The notes under the pieces: generated by a model
What the model was told of the DNA's origin: nothing
Database searches by the model: none
What the model saw: the letters and a program-made list of their open reading frames with translations, nothing else
Source: Spirochaeta sp.
Lineage (GTDB): Bacteria; Spirochaetota; Spirochaetia; UBA9216
Reading direction: 5' to 3'
NCBI GenBank assembly: GCA_003454605.1
Contig: DMKD01000004.1
Coordinates: 1-31,863, forward strand
DNA: 31,863 nucleotides
Shown: piece after piece, positions 16,341-25,905 of the stretch
Layout: each line of letters begins with the position of its first letter
Numbering within the stretch: position 1 is the stretch's first letter
Made by a program: the position numbers and the translations under genes

Positions 16341-18462
16341 TAATCTGCTGTTTATTTCTGACAGGAAGAGATAGAAGGATAGTCGTACCTGACCCGACTG
16401 TACTCTTTACATCAATTGTTCCTGAATATTTACTAATTATACCGTAGACAATCGATAGTCCCAGCCCGGTTCCTTTCCCGTTAGTTCTTGTCGTAAAAAA
16501 GGGATCAAATACATGCTGCATTGTTTCTTCATCCATCCCGACGCCGCTGTCAATTATCTGTACATGAATCATACTATAATCATCACTCAATCGTGTTGTT
16601 ACAAGTATTTTGCCCATGTCGGCAATCGCATAGATTGAATTTTGAACAAGATTTATTACAACCTGCTTCAACTCACTTCTGCTTATTACCACAAAGGGTA
16701 GATTCTCCTGAAAATCTGAAGACAGATCAATTCGCTTTTCCTTTACTAATCCATAATTTATAAGTTTCAGCACATCACTGATAACAGTATTAACCTCGCT
16801 GCCTTCACTTTCACCCTGTTCAGCGGCTGAAAAGTTCAGAAGGTCGCTTACAATCTTTGCAATCCTTCGGGTCTCCTGTTCAATCCAGCTTAATGCTGTT
16901 CGTGTTTCATCATCATTATCTTCATCAAGCAGATTCTGCACATTAGTCAGAATAGAACTTAAGGGATTATTGATCTCATGTGAAACTCCGGCTGAGAGCA
17001 TGCTCAATGAAGCAAGTTTCTCAGCCTGAAAAATCTTTTCTTCCAGTTCATATTTCTGACCGACATCATCTATTTCCAGAACACATTTCCGTTCTCCAAC
17101 CTGCGCATTTGTGAACAGCAGATAAAGCTTAATCTCAAAGACAAATCCCTCAGTCCGCTTAATTTTAGACCATGAATCTATCCTGCCTAAAATTACATCC
17201 TCAATTTTTCCTAAAACTGCTTTATCAATGACCTCGATAGATATGTTACTGATTTTCTCATTTAATAACAGAGCTGCATCACATTGAAATAACTCAAGGA
17301 AAAAGCTGTTTACTTTTTCGATTGAAAGGTCATTATCAACAACAAGAATTCCAGCTCGAAGAGAATAGATGATTTTTTCATTATAATCTTTCAGGAATGT
17401 AATCTCATGAATAAAATTCTCCATGGATTTTTTATTCTGATCAATCTGCCAGGCCATATCATTGAAACCTCGAAATAGTTCACCGACCTCACTCCCGGAC
17501 TTATAGTCAACCTTAACCTTGTAATCCCCACCACGAATACCTTCCATAGCATAAAGAAGGCTGCTGATAGGTTTTGTAATATTGCGAGAGAAGTAGAAAC
17601 TTAAAATGATTGCAAAAAAGCCAACAGTGAATAAAGCTATGAATAATGCGTTGTAAATCTGTCCTAAAATTGATAAAAACGGCTCATTTGACATCAGTAA
17701 TATAAGATAAAACTTATCTTCAGCATCTCCCCTTCTCAGCATTCCCAGTTCCTGAAACGACACATTATAATTGCCTGCATTTAAAGCTAGATCATATACT
17801 TCTTTATAGGGAACATCAGGGAGTTTAGACGTCTGAAGAATATTAAATATGCCGTCATTGAGCAGACGACCGGTACGCAGATCATTTTCAGAAACAAAAT
17901 AAACAGCTGTACGCTCAGGCAGCCCCGAACCCCGGTAAAATTTTTCATCGATCTTTTTTAAAATAAAAACATCCAGATACTCATTATGCCCGAGATTACC
18001 TGTCATATATACATTTTTGCCAATTTCGCGCAGTTCCAGATATGGATGATCTTTAACGGATTCAAGCCCTTCCATTTCGGCAGATGGAAATAATTCACTG
18101 CCTGATGAAAAATACTCGTTCTTCCCATCCTCTTTTATTCTCATTATGATAGAATCGATATCAGACAGCAATTGAATTTCTTTGAACCAGGCATCAAATT
18201 CTGTCTTTGAAAATTTCATTTGATGGTCTTCAATCAGTTTTATATATTGGTTATCGTTATTAATCCTGATTGTTGTCTTCCAAAGTGTACGAAGCCAGGA
18301 ATTATACTCTTCATATACAGCGCCTGACTCCATGCTGAGTTCCACTCTGACATCATTTTCGTTACTTCTGGTTATAATACCGGTAACAAGCATGATGGTC
18401 AGAGCGGACTGGAAAACAACAACTCCAATGAAAAAGAGCAGCGCTCTTATGGAAAGTTTCAT
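16324..18462 (-). CDS. Membrane sensor histidine kinase (2 TM, extracytoplasmic domain, HAMP, PAS, HisKA, HATPase)
   Basis: Two TM segments, HAMP (ITKPISSL...EVGELFRGFNDM), PAS-like (AGILVVDNDLSIEKVN), H-box SHEINNPL, NLVQNSIYA, DSGVGM, FDPFFTT and GTGLGL. Overlaps the regulator start. Confidence 0.93.
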   Translation of the reverse strand: MKLSIRALLFFIGVVVFQSALTIMLVTGIITRSNENDVRVELSMESGAVYEEYNSWLRTLWKTTIRINNDNQYIKLIEDHQMKFSKTEFDAWFKEIQLLSDIDSIIMRIKEDGKNEYFSSGSELFPSAEMEGLESVKDHPYLELREIGKNVYMTGNLGHNEYLDVFILKKIDEKFYRGSGLPERTAVYFVSENDLRTGRLLNDGIFNILQTSKLPDVPYKEVYDLALNAGNYNVSFQELGMLRRGDAEDKFYLILLMSNEPFLSILGQIYNALFIALFTVGFFAIILSFYFSRNITKPISSLLYAMEGIRGGDYKVKVDYKSGSEVGELFRGFNDMAWQIDQNKKSMENFIHEITFLKDYNEKIIYSLRAGILVVDNDLSIEKVNSFFLELFQCDAALLLNEKISNISIEVIDKAVLGKIEDVILGRIDSWSKIKRTEGFVFEIKLYLLFTNAQVGERKCVLEIDDVGQKYELEEKIFQAEKLASLSMLSAGVSHEINNPLSSILTNVQNLLDEDNDDETRTALSWIEQETRRIAKIVSDLLNFSAAEQGESEGSEVNTVISDVLKLINYGLVKEKRIDLSSDFQENLPFVVISRSELKQVVINLVQNSIYAIADMGKILVTTRLSDDYSMIHVQIIDSGVGMDEETMQHVFDPFFTTRTNGKGTGLGLSIVYGIISKYSGTIDVKSTVGSGTTILLSLPVRNKQQISEQGM

Positions 18463-18474
18463 TCCGGCATTATA

Positions 18475-19224
18475 CTAACTAACCGCCTCAGAACCAACGA
18501 TCAAACTAACCACTTCCTCGGTTGTAGTATCTTTTTTTACTAAATTTCCAACAAGTTCACCCCGGCGCATTACACAAATTCTGTCGGCAACCTCGAAAAC
18601 ATCATGCATCTGGTGACTTATCAGGATAATTGCTAATCCATGGTCTTTAAGTGAATTCACCAAATCAAGAACCTGCTTCTGCTGAGCAACTCCGAGGGCT
18701 GCAGTAGGTTCATCCATTATGAGGACCTTCGCGTTCCAATAGATTGAGCGAGAGATTGCAACAGCCTGTCGCTGCCCACCCGAAAGGGTTCTAACGTTGT
18801 TCCTCAGCGAAGGAATCTTAATATCCAGCTTCTTCAGGATACCAACCGCCTCATCATACATATAGCTGTGGTCAAGAACATGAAAGATCCCAAGTCTTTT
18901 CTTTGTTTTTTCTCTACCGAGAAAAATATTTGAATATACATTGAGATTCTCAGCTAAAGCCAAATCCTGATAAATTGTTTCGATTCCTGCTGCGAGTGCA
19001 TCTATTGGGGTATGAATTTTGACAACCTCTCCATTATATAGGATGTCACCGCCATCATTGGGATATACTCCGGAAATCATTTTTATAAGTGTTGATTTTC
19101 CAGCTCCATTGTCTCCAAGCAGTGCAACGACCTCTCCTGGACTCACACCGAAGTTCACTTTATTCACGGCGACTAAACCACCGAATCTCTTTGTTATATC
19201 TCTTGTTTCAATTAAGTAACTCAT
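18475..19224 (-). CDS. Sugar ABC transporter ATP-binding protein (single NBD)
   Basis: Walker A GDNGAGKS, signature LSGGQRQ, Walker B LIMDEPT, H-loop ISH. Confidence 0.93.
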   Translation of the reverse strand: MSYLIETRDITKRFGGLVAVNKVNFGVSPGEVVALLGDNGAGKSTLIKMISGVYPNDGGDILYNGEVVKIHTPIDALAAGIETIYQDLALAENLNVYSNIFLGREKTKKRLGIFHVLDHSYMYDEAVGILKKLDIKIPSLRNNVRTLSGGQRQAVAISRSIYWNAKVLIMDEPTAALGVAQQKQVLDLVNSLKDHGLAIILISHQMHDVFEVADRICVMRRGELVGNLVKKDTTTEEVVSLIVGSEAVS

Positions 19225-19228
19225 TTAT

Positions 19229-20293
19229 CTACTCCTTGTAAGTTGTTTCTGGAAAAACCCGATCAATTAATACTGCCAATATCAAAATTACTCCAACCAT
19301 AATATATTTGTCGAAGGTTGGAATTCCCAATATTCTCAAACCGGTTTCCAGAACCGCAATAATCACAGCACCCAGGATAGTTCTCCATACCGTTCCTTTT
19401 CCTCCTGTTAAACAAGCGCCGCCGATTACTACGGCTGCAATAGAATCAAGAAGAAGCGAAGCTCCTGCATCAGCCTTTCCGGTCACATATTTAAGCATGT
19501 AAATTACACCGGCTGAAGAGGCAAGTAATGAAGAAAGCATATATATTTTAGTTATATGATTTTTTACGTTTATTCCTGATCTTATAGCCGAGTCTTCATT
19601 ACCGCCTATAGCGTAGGTATGAATACCAAAAACAGTTTTACTCAAGACAAAGGCAAAGATAGCAACTATAATTAATGTGATTACAACAACGTTCGGAAAC
19701 AATTCGAAGACCTTTACACCCCTGGCGACTTCAGGGCGTGCAAAAAATGAGAATCCGCCGCCCTTAACAAAGTATAGAAAATGCCCATTTCCAATAACAT
19801 TTGCAAGATGAGGAAGATTCTTGGCTGCGCCTTCAGTGAGAAGTAGCTCTGATACACCATGACTGATACCGAGCATCGAGAATGTTGCGATAAACGGCGG
19901 TACATTCAAACGTGAAACAAGCAAACCGTTAATCAGTCCCGGAATAAGACCCAAAACAAGGGTGATGATAATCCCGAAGAAAATACCCCAGAATTCCGGC
20001 ATTCCTGATGCTGAGAAATATACAATGAGTTTGGTTGCGATGATTGTAGAAAGGCCCATCACATAGCCTACAGATAAATCAATCCCTCCGGTTATTATTA
20101 CAAATAACTCTGCAACTGCCATCAGCATAACTGCTGTCCCGAAGAAAAGAACTATCTGAAATACATTTACTGTGAAAAATCCCTTAGCTGTCAAGCCGAA
20201 GAATATAATCTCAGCAACGAAGAAAATTACAGCCCACTGCTTACCTATTTTCAACAGCAGATCCTTATTTTTTTGCGTCATAAGACTTTGCAT
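19229..20293 (-). CDS. Sugar ABC transporter permease (RbsC/AraH family)
   Basis: IITGGIDLSVG, VPPFIATFSM, YAIGGNEDSAIRSGINV and IAAVVIGG, with multiple TM helices. Confidence 0.92.
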   Translation of the reverse strand: MQSLMTQKNKDLLLKIGKQWAVIFFVAEIIFFGLTAKGFFTVNVFQIVLFFGTAVMLMAVAELFVIITGGIDLSVGYVMGLSTIIATKLIVYFSASGMPEFWGIFFGIIITLVLGLIPGLINGLLVSRLNVPPFIATFSMLGISHGVSELLLTEGAAKNLPHLANVIGNGHFLYFVKGGGFSFFARPEVARGVKVFELFPNVVVITLIIVAIFAFVLSKTVFGIHTYAIGGNEDSAIRSGINVKNHITKIYMLSSLLASSAGVIYMLKYVTGKADAGASLLLDSIAAVVIGGACLTGGKGTVWRTILGAVIIAVLETGLRILGIPTFDKYIMVGVILILAVLIDRVFPETTYKE

Positions 20294-20314
20294 TATCTAA
20301 ACTCCTTCGACTAT

Positions 20315-21391
20315 TTAAAAGAGATCAGGAAATAACTGATCAATCACTATTGCAAGAATAAGCAGAAACCCAACAGCAATGTATCGATAAAATGGTTCAA
20401 CACCGGATATAAGTAGTCCGTTTTCAAGAACAGCTATCAATAAAACTCCGATGATAGAAGCCAAAAGCCGTCCCTTACCGCCCATTAAGCTCGCTCCGCC
20501 AATAACAACTGCCGCAACACCAAATAACTCATACATGGCTCCAAATGTAGTAAAATTTCCTATTCCAGTCTGGAAAACATTGAAGACACCCGCCATACCG
20601 GCTATAAACGCAGACAGCATATATATTTTAATAATATGCTTCTGAACATTTATACCTGAACGAATAGCTGCATCTTCATTGCCGCCTATAGCATAGGTAT
20701 GCTGGCCGAAGGTTGTATTGTTTAGAATATGTCTTAATACGAATATAACAATAAAAATGATTATGAATGAGATTGGTATCAACCTCAGGTATTCTCTTAT
20801 TTGGTTGTTTGCTACCCCTTCAGGTAAACTGAAAAAATTTATCCCGGACCCTTTTTTAAAATAAATTGTGTAACCGTTTCCGATTTTAGTGAGAGCATCG
20901 GGAAGTGACGCAACAGGAAAGCCCTCGCATATCTTCAGAGCAATGCCGTTTGTAATACCCCACATTCCGAGAGTCGCAATAAACGGAGGGACCTTGAACT
21001 TAGCGATCATAATGCCGCTTATTAATCCTGGGATAAGAGATACAACAAGGGCAATTACAGAACCGATCAGTATACAAACACCAACACTGTAATTACCGCT
21101 ATTGAATAATGTCTGAATAATCTTGCCTGCCGTAACAGACGAAAGCCCCATCACAAAACCAACCGAGAGGTCGATTCCCCCGCTTATTATTACGAACGTT
21201 TCTGCTGCAGCCATGAACATGGCAATAACAGAAAGATGAACAATATTCTGGAAATTTACGATACTCAGGAACCCCTTTCCAGTGAAACTAAACAAAACTA
21301 CGAAGAAAATAAGAAAACAAAATGCCCAGTTTCTGGCAATAGCTTTCAAAAGTCTGGATTGTTCAATTATAAGATTTAAGTTACCTTTCAA
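20315..21391 (-). CDS. Sugar ABC transporter permease (RbsC/AraH family), paralog of 19229..20293
   Basis: IISGGIDLSVG, VPPFIATLGM, YAIGGNEDAAIRSGINV and AAVVIGGASLMGGKG. Confidence 0.92.
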   Translation of the reverse strand: MKGNLNLIIEQSRLLKAIARNWAFCFLIFFVVLFSFTGKGFLSIVNFQNIVHLSVIAMFMAAAETFVIISGGIDLSVGFVMGLSSVTAGKIIQTLFNSGNYSVGVCILIGSVIALVVSLIPGLISGIMIAKFKVPPFIATLGMWGITNGIALKICEGFPVASLPDALTKIGNGYTIYFKKGSGINFFSLPEGVANNQIREYLRLIPISFIIIFIVIFVLRHILNNTTFGQHTYAIGGNEDAAIRSGINVQKHIIKIYMLSAFIAGMAGVFNVFQTGIGNFTTFGAMYELFGVAAVVIGGASLMGGKGRLLASIIGVLLIAVLENGLLISGVEPFYRYIAVGFLLILAIVIDQLFPDLF

Positions 21392-21456
21392 AATAAATCT
21401 CCCTTTCTTTAATAATGCTTTATCAGCCTCTAGCTGATTTGAAAATAATCAAGATT

Positions 21457-21482
21457 AAAAAAGGGAGCCGTTATTAGCTCCC
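21457..21482 (-). terminator. Intrinsic terminator/attenuator between the binding-protein and permease genes
   Basis: Minus strand: GGGAGC stem, 8 nt loop, GCTCCC, then TTTTTT. Confidence 0.7.
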
Positions 21483-21505
21483 CATCCTAAACGGAATTGA
21501 ATCCC

Positions 21506-22498
21506 CTATTTGTAGATAAACTTATCCATCTCAGGATCGTTTACATTACCTTCATTGAAAAACTCAAAGCCAGGAATAACCTTAGCAGGAATCTTTGTGC
21601 CGGCAGAAAGGAATTTGTATCCCCATTCAACAGCAAGTGAACCAATTTCGTATGGTTTCTGTGCAAGACATAGATCAATCTGTCCCTTCTTAAGTGCATT
21701 GATGATATCTACTGAAGCATCCCATGTAGCAAGTTTCACAGCGCCTGAAAGACCTGCGTTAACTACAGCCTGGTATGCACCCTGTGAAGAATAAAGATTT
21801 GTTCCAAATATACCTACGATATCGGGATCTTTCTGAAGAGCACCAAGAGTCTGATCAGTAGCTTTCTGCTGAACATCCATGTTGTAGTCAATACCTACGA
21901 GTTCCATGTCGGGGAAAGCTTCGAGACCTTCTTTGAATCCTTTAACACGACCCATTACAGAAGATACATCGGGATTAGTAGAGTTAATATATACCTTTCC
22001 TTTTTCTCCAACCATTTCAGCGAGGTGTGCAGCCATCTCTCGTCCACCCTTTTCATTATCTGAACCAATATAGCTCAATGGGAAGGAATAGTCGCTGTCT
22101 ACTGAGTAATCGCCGTTGCCGAGGAAGGTGTCAACTGTAATAATCTCTATACCCTGATCATAAAGCTTCTTAAGCGGGCTAATCAGTGCATCAATAGCTG
22201 TCGGTGCAATAAGAATCATATCGATTCCACCCTGAGCTACAGTAGCTTCGAGAATCGGAACCTGTACTTCAGGACCCCAGGCTTTCGGAAATTCTGCAAC
22301 AATTATGTTAACACCAAGTTCCGCACCCTTTTCTCTGATACCTTTTTCCATCATGTAGTAGAATGGATCTGCTACACCAGGCATGAAGAGAATAGTTATC
22401 CCATCGTCTTCTGCTTCCTGCTGCCCACCGGCAAACAGCTGTGCGCTCATGCTGAATGTGATCAATAGAACCATTACAAGCAATAAACCTTTTTTCAT
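21506..22498 (-). CDS. Sugar ABC transporter substrate-binding protein (RbsB-like, Peripla_BP_4 type)
   Basis: Signal peptide then FAGGQQE. Motifs DPFYYMMEKG, ILIAP, ITVD, IGSDNEKGG, R.KGF, IFGTN, ATWD and AQKPYEIG. SD AGGAGA upstream. Confidence 0.9.
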   Translation of the reverse strand: MKKGLLLVMVLLITFSMSAQLFAGGQQEAEDDGITILFMPGVADPFYYMMEKGIREKGAELGVNIIVAEFPKAWGPEVQVPILEATVAQGGIDMILIAPTAIDALISPLKKLYDQGIEIITVDTFLGNGDYSVDSDYSFPLSYIGSDNEKGGREMAAHLAEMVGEKGKVYINSTNPDVSSVMGRVKGFKEGLEAFPDMELVGIDYNMDVQQKATDQTLGALQKDPDIVGIFGTNLYSSQGAYQAVVNAGLSGAVKLATWDASVDIINALKKGQIDLCLAQKPYEIGSLAVEWGYKFLSAGTKIPAKVIPGFEFFNEGNVNDPEMDKFIYK

Positions 22499-22536
22499 TT
22501 TTATCTCCTTTGATTATTTAATACTGTCCTTTATAT

Positions 22537-22553
22537 TGCAATCAATGTGCCAA
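22537..22553 (-). promoter_or_regulatory. Sigma54 (-24/-12) promoter of the ABC transporter / two-component operon
   Basis: Minus strand TTGGCAC-ATTGA-TTGCA is a consensus TGGCAC-N5-TTGCW with GG-N10-GC spacing, about 40 nt upstream of the ATG. A sigma54 activator is encoded in the same operon. Confidence 0.85.
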
Positions 22554-22597
22554 GTTTCAAAAAAAGTGATATATTTGTTAAATCAGTTAATAAATAA

Positions 22598-22635
22598 TAA
22601 AAACCTGTAAAACATAGCGGTTTTACAGGTTTTTA
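22598..22635 (-). terminator. Hairpin terminator after the ROK/PfkB/aldolase operon
   Basis: Perfect 16 bp arms TAAAAACCTGTAAAAC / GTTTTACAGGTTTTTA with a 6 nt loop, T-rich on the minus-strand exit. Confidence 0.65.
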
Positions 22636-22677
22636 TACGATAATCTTCATCTCAAACTTAAGACTTTCCGTAAAAGT

Positions 22678-22716
22678 GGTTACTCAGGTATCCGCCTACT
22701 GGATACTCAGGTACCC
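22678..22716. promoter_or_regulatory. Tandem pseudo-palindromes, candidate upstream activator sequences for the NtrC-family protein
   Basis: GGTTAC-TCAG-GTATCC (22678-22693) and GGATAC-TCAG-GTACCC (22701-22716) are 23 bp apart and about 125-165 bp upstream of the -24 box. Confidence 0.6.
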
Positions 22717-22719
22717 ATT

Positions 22720-23574
22720 TTATGCCTTACCATTGGCCATACATTTCCTTATCCAGCCTTTAACAACTTCTTTCACTTCATCCATTGCAGGTCTTGCAAT
22801 ATCGAGGGTAAACTGGTTGTCTCCAAGTTCCATGAGGTCCTTTCTGAAACTGTTCATCAGCGTACAATGAATTATAGTCCCTACATTAATCTTGTTTATT
22901 CCGCCCTTAATAGCCATTCTTATGTCGGCTTCAGGGATACCTGAACCACCGTGAAGGACAAGAGGGACATCTACTGCCTCATTTATTTCTTCAAGCCGGT
23001 CAAAATGAATTTCAGGCTTGCCTTCGTAAAAACCGTGCGCAGTACCTATTCCAACTGCAAGGTTATCCAATCCGGTTTCGTTAACAAACTTAACCGCATC
23101 ATCGACCTGTGCCAGAAAATCTTTGCCCTCGAAACCGCCCTCATATCCGTTTCCTTTAATCTTGCCAATTTCAGCCTCAACACACACATTCTTTGCTTTT
23201 GCATGCTCTACAACGGCCTTAACTGCCTTGATATTATCTTCGAGCGAAAGGGTTGAAGCGTCAATCATTACTGATGGATAGCCAAGATCTATCGCGGCAT
23301 TACAGATGGATACCTCGTTAGAATGATCAAGGTGATGGATGAGCGGGATACCGGCTCTTTTCATAGCAGCGGCACCCATTGCGGCATTAATTTCAGGGGT
23401 CATCATATTGAACACAAGGCTGTGAGATGCCACCATAATAGGTGCTTTTTCTTCCTCTGCTGCTTCAATTATTGCCAAAAAATCCCAGGCACAAGAGTAA
23501 TTGAAGGAGGGTACTGCATATCCTTCCTTATTCGCCTTTGCCAGCATATCCCGTAAAAAATCTCCGTTATTCAT
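22720..23574 (-). CDS. Class II fructose/tagatose-bisphosphate aldolase family protein
   Basis: HLDH zinc motif, SVMIDAS, VEAEIG, GTAHG, LVLHGGSG and KINVGT. Confidence 0.92.
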   Translation of the reverse strand: MNNGDFLRDMLAKANKEGYAVPSFNYSCAWDFLAIIEAAEEEKAPIMVASHSLVFNMMTPEINAAMGAAAMKRAGIPLIHHLDHSNEVSICNAAIDLGYPSVMIDASTLSLEDNIKAVKAVVEHAKAKNVCVEAEIGKIKGNGYEGGFEGKDFLAQVDDAVKFVNETGLDNLAVGIGTAHGFYEGKPEIHFDRLEEINEAVDVPLVLHGGSGIPEADIRMAIKGGINKINVGTIIHCTLMNSFRKDLMELGDNQFTLDIARPAMDEVKEVVKGWIRKCMANGKA

Positions 23575-24508
23575 TTCTTTTCTCCATTGTCTTAATTGAC
23601 AAAATAGTTTTATTAAAATCTACAACTCCTGTTGTAGAACCAATCGCCTGTACGCAATGCGCAGCCGCCGCCTGGCCAAGTTCAGCGCATTCATGAATAT
23701 CCATACTCTTATCAAGCCCTGTCAGGAAACCGGCCACAAAGGAATCACCTGCACCTGTAGTATCAACGACATCAACATTGAAAGAAGGTATCACAGCCTT
23801 AAGCTCTGAATTTCTGATAAATACCCCATCCACGCCCATTTTTATTACAACATTTCCGACACCCTTTTTTAAAAGGATCTGCGCCATGTCTTCAACCTTA
23901 TCCACACCGGTTATTTCTTTTGCTTCTCCAATACTTGGAATAAAATAATCGAGGTGCTGTAAACATGGTTCAATAATCGTCATCCATTGACCGGTTGTAT
24001 CATAGCTGACATCCATGGCTGTAGTTTTTCCGCGCCTCTGAGCTTCTTTAAAAAGAACTGCAGCACCTTTACCGTCAAAACCAGGAAGCATAAAAGTACC
24101 ACCTACAAAAACGATTTCGTAGGCATCAAGGATTGAAAGATTGATATCATCAATTGAAAATTCATTATTTGCTCCGCCTTCATATAAAAAGTTTCGGGAA
24201 CCATTCTCATGAATAAGAACAATAACAGATGAGCTTGAACCTTCATCATCAATTTTTAAACCGTCGACCCTTAAACCTGCCGATTGCATTTTATCCAGAA
24301 GGAATTTACCTTTATCGTCATTTCCAATCCTGCCGGAAAACCCGGTTGCAACACCGAGCTTGTTGCAAATCATTGCAACATTCAAAGAGTCTCCCCCGTT
24401 GCTGAATGAAATTGTATCTACTGCTGTCGTATCTACCTCAAGACTGTTATCCTTAACAGGCTTAACCAGAATATCAAATACAATTTGCCCTACACATAAA
24501 ATACTCAT
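23567..24508 (-). CDS. PfkB-family carbohydrate kinase
   Basis: GGDSLNVA N-terminal motif, GRIGNDDKG, IKMGVDG and VDTTGAGDSF. Overlaps the aldolase start. Confidence 0.92.
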   Translation of the reverse strand: MSILCVGQIVFDILVKPVKDNSLEVDTTAVDTISFSNGGDSLNVAMICNKLGVATGFSGRIGNDDKGKFLLDKMQSAGLRVDGLKIDDEGSSSSVIVLIHENGSRNFLYEGGANNEFSIDDINLSILDAYEIVFVGGTFMLPGFDGKGAAVLFKEAQRRGKTTAMDVSYDTTGQWMTIIEPCLQHLDYFIPSIGEAKEITGVDKVEDMAQILLKKGVGNVVIKMGVDGVFIRNSELKAVIPSFNVDVVDTTGAGDSFVAGFLTGLDKSMDIHECAELGQAAAAHCVQAIGSTTGVVDFNKTILSIKTMEKRNE

Positions 24509-24538
24509 TATTAAGCAAACTCCTCATCCACAGCTGGT

Positions 24539-25708
24539 TTAGAAGTCCATCAGCTCACCGGAAAAAAACTTTTCCAGTACAGTTGTAGCACTTGACACCG
24601 AATGCTGGTTGTAGTCCTTTTCTGAAACAAGGACATCGATGGTCTTGATCGTTCTTGTAATTGATCTCTGATTTATAAACTGACGCAATTCAGTGATTAA
24701 CAGATATGGTTCAAAAACAACCTCACCGCTTAGAATTACAGCTTCCAGCTCAAATAGATTCATCACATTCACAATTCCAACACCCAAATAACGGGCTTCC
24801 CGTCTGATTATGTCAACAAAGGCATCATCATCCTTTGATTTAATTACAATATCCTGCCAACTCTTTACTTCAGGGCAGGCATCCTCGAGGCTTTCCATGA
24901 TTGCTTCAATTGATGCAAAACTTTCTATACAGCCGACATTTCCACACCGGCACTGCTTGCCGTTAAGATCAATTGACATATGCCCGAACTCACCGCCGAA
25001 ACCATCTACCCCCCTGTAGATCTTGTTATCTATTACTATTCCGCATCCAATTCCGTTATTAGTAATCTCAATCTGAATAAAATTCTTATACTTACGGCCC
25101 TTTCCATAATTCTTCTCAACTAGTGTTGCCGCAACCGCATCACGATCAAGGAAAATCGGGAAGGCAAATTCCTGCTTAAGCTTCGCAACAACGGGCGCAC
25201 CCTGCCATAACTCAAGCCTGGGAGGATTAAGAATCACACCGCCATAGATATCAACCGGTCCCGGTGAGGAAATCCCGATACCAAGGACCTTTTGCTCACG
25301 AACATTCCCCGCAATAATTCTTTTAAGTGAAACAACGATCTTCTCTATGCCTTCATCAGAATTTTTCAGTTCAGAAAAATCCAGTCTTTCTTCTTCTATG
25401 ACAGTCCCATTAATATCTGAAAGACCTACAAGACAGTGGTCATATCGAATATTAACGCCAAGAGCATAAAGGTAGTCAATATTCATTCCCAGCTTAACAG
25501 GCTTTCTTCCACTGGCCGATTCTTTCACACCAGTTTCAATTACGATCCCCTGATTTATCAGATCATCAACAATGCCTGAGATTGAAGCTCGTGTAAGACC
25601 GGTCTTTCTTGCGAGATCAGCGCGTGAAATTTGCTTTCCGTGAATGATATTTAAGATGTTTTTTCGATTATCCTGCTTCATATAAACAGCATTTTTTGGT
25701 TTTTTCAT
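24539..25708 (-). CDS. ROK-family transcriptional repressor (NagC/XylR-like)
   Basis: N-terminal HTH (ISRADLARKTGLTRASISGIVDDL, GRKP), ROK domain with GEFGH and zinc motif CRCGNVGCIE. Confidence 0.92.
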   Translation of the reverse strand: MKKPKNAVYMKQDNRKNILNIIHGKQISRADLARKTGLTRASISGIVDDLINQGIVIETGVKESASGRKPVKLGMNIDYLYALGVNIRYDHCLVGLSDINGTVIEEERLDFSELKNSDEGIEKIVVSLKRIIAGNVREQKVLGIGISSPGPVDIYGGVILNPPRLELWQGAPVVAKLKQEFAFPIFLDRDAVAATLVEKNYGKGRKYKNFIQIEITNNGIGCGIVIDNKIYRGVDGFGGEFGHMSIDLNGKQCRCGNVGCIESFASIEAIMESLEDACPEVKSWQDIVIKSKDDDAFVDIIRREARYLGVGIVNVMNLFELEAVILSGEVVFEPYLLITELRQFINQRSITRTIKTIDVLVSEKDYNQHSVSSATTVLEKFFSGELMDF

Positions 25709-25802
25709 GTTAATTCATTTAACTATATAACTGAAGCACCATTAGATCAAGTAGAACTTCTGTTTTTAATCCACCTTCAAGTAACAAAAAATGTCGATTT
25801 TC

Positions 25803-25852
25803 GAATATTCTCTTGAGAATATTCATTATAGTTTGGTAATCTGTTTAATTAT
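25803..25852. promoter_or_regulatory. Candidate operator sites in the divergent promoter region
   Basis: Perfect inverted repeat GAATATTCTC-TT-GAGAATATTC (25803-25824). ATAGTT-N13-AATTAT (25828-25852) has the 25 bp geometry of XylR-type ROK operators. Confidence 0.45.
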
Positions 25853-25905
25853 ATATTTGACATAGGGCAGAATATCCCATAGAATCGACATAAAAGGGGT
25901 CCCCC

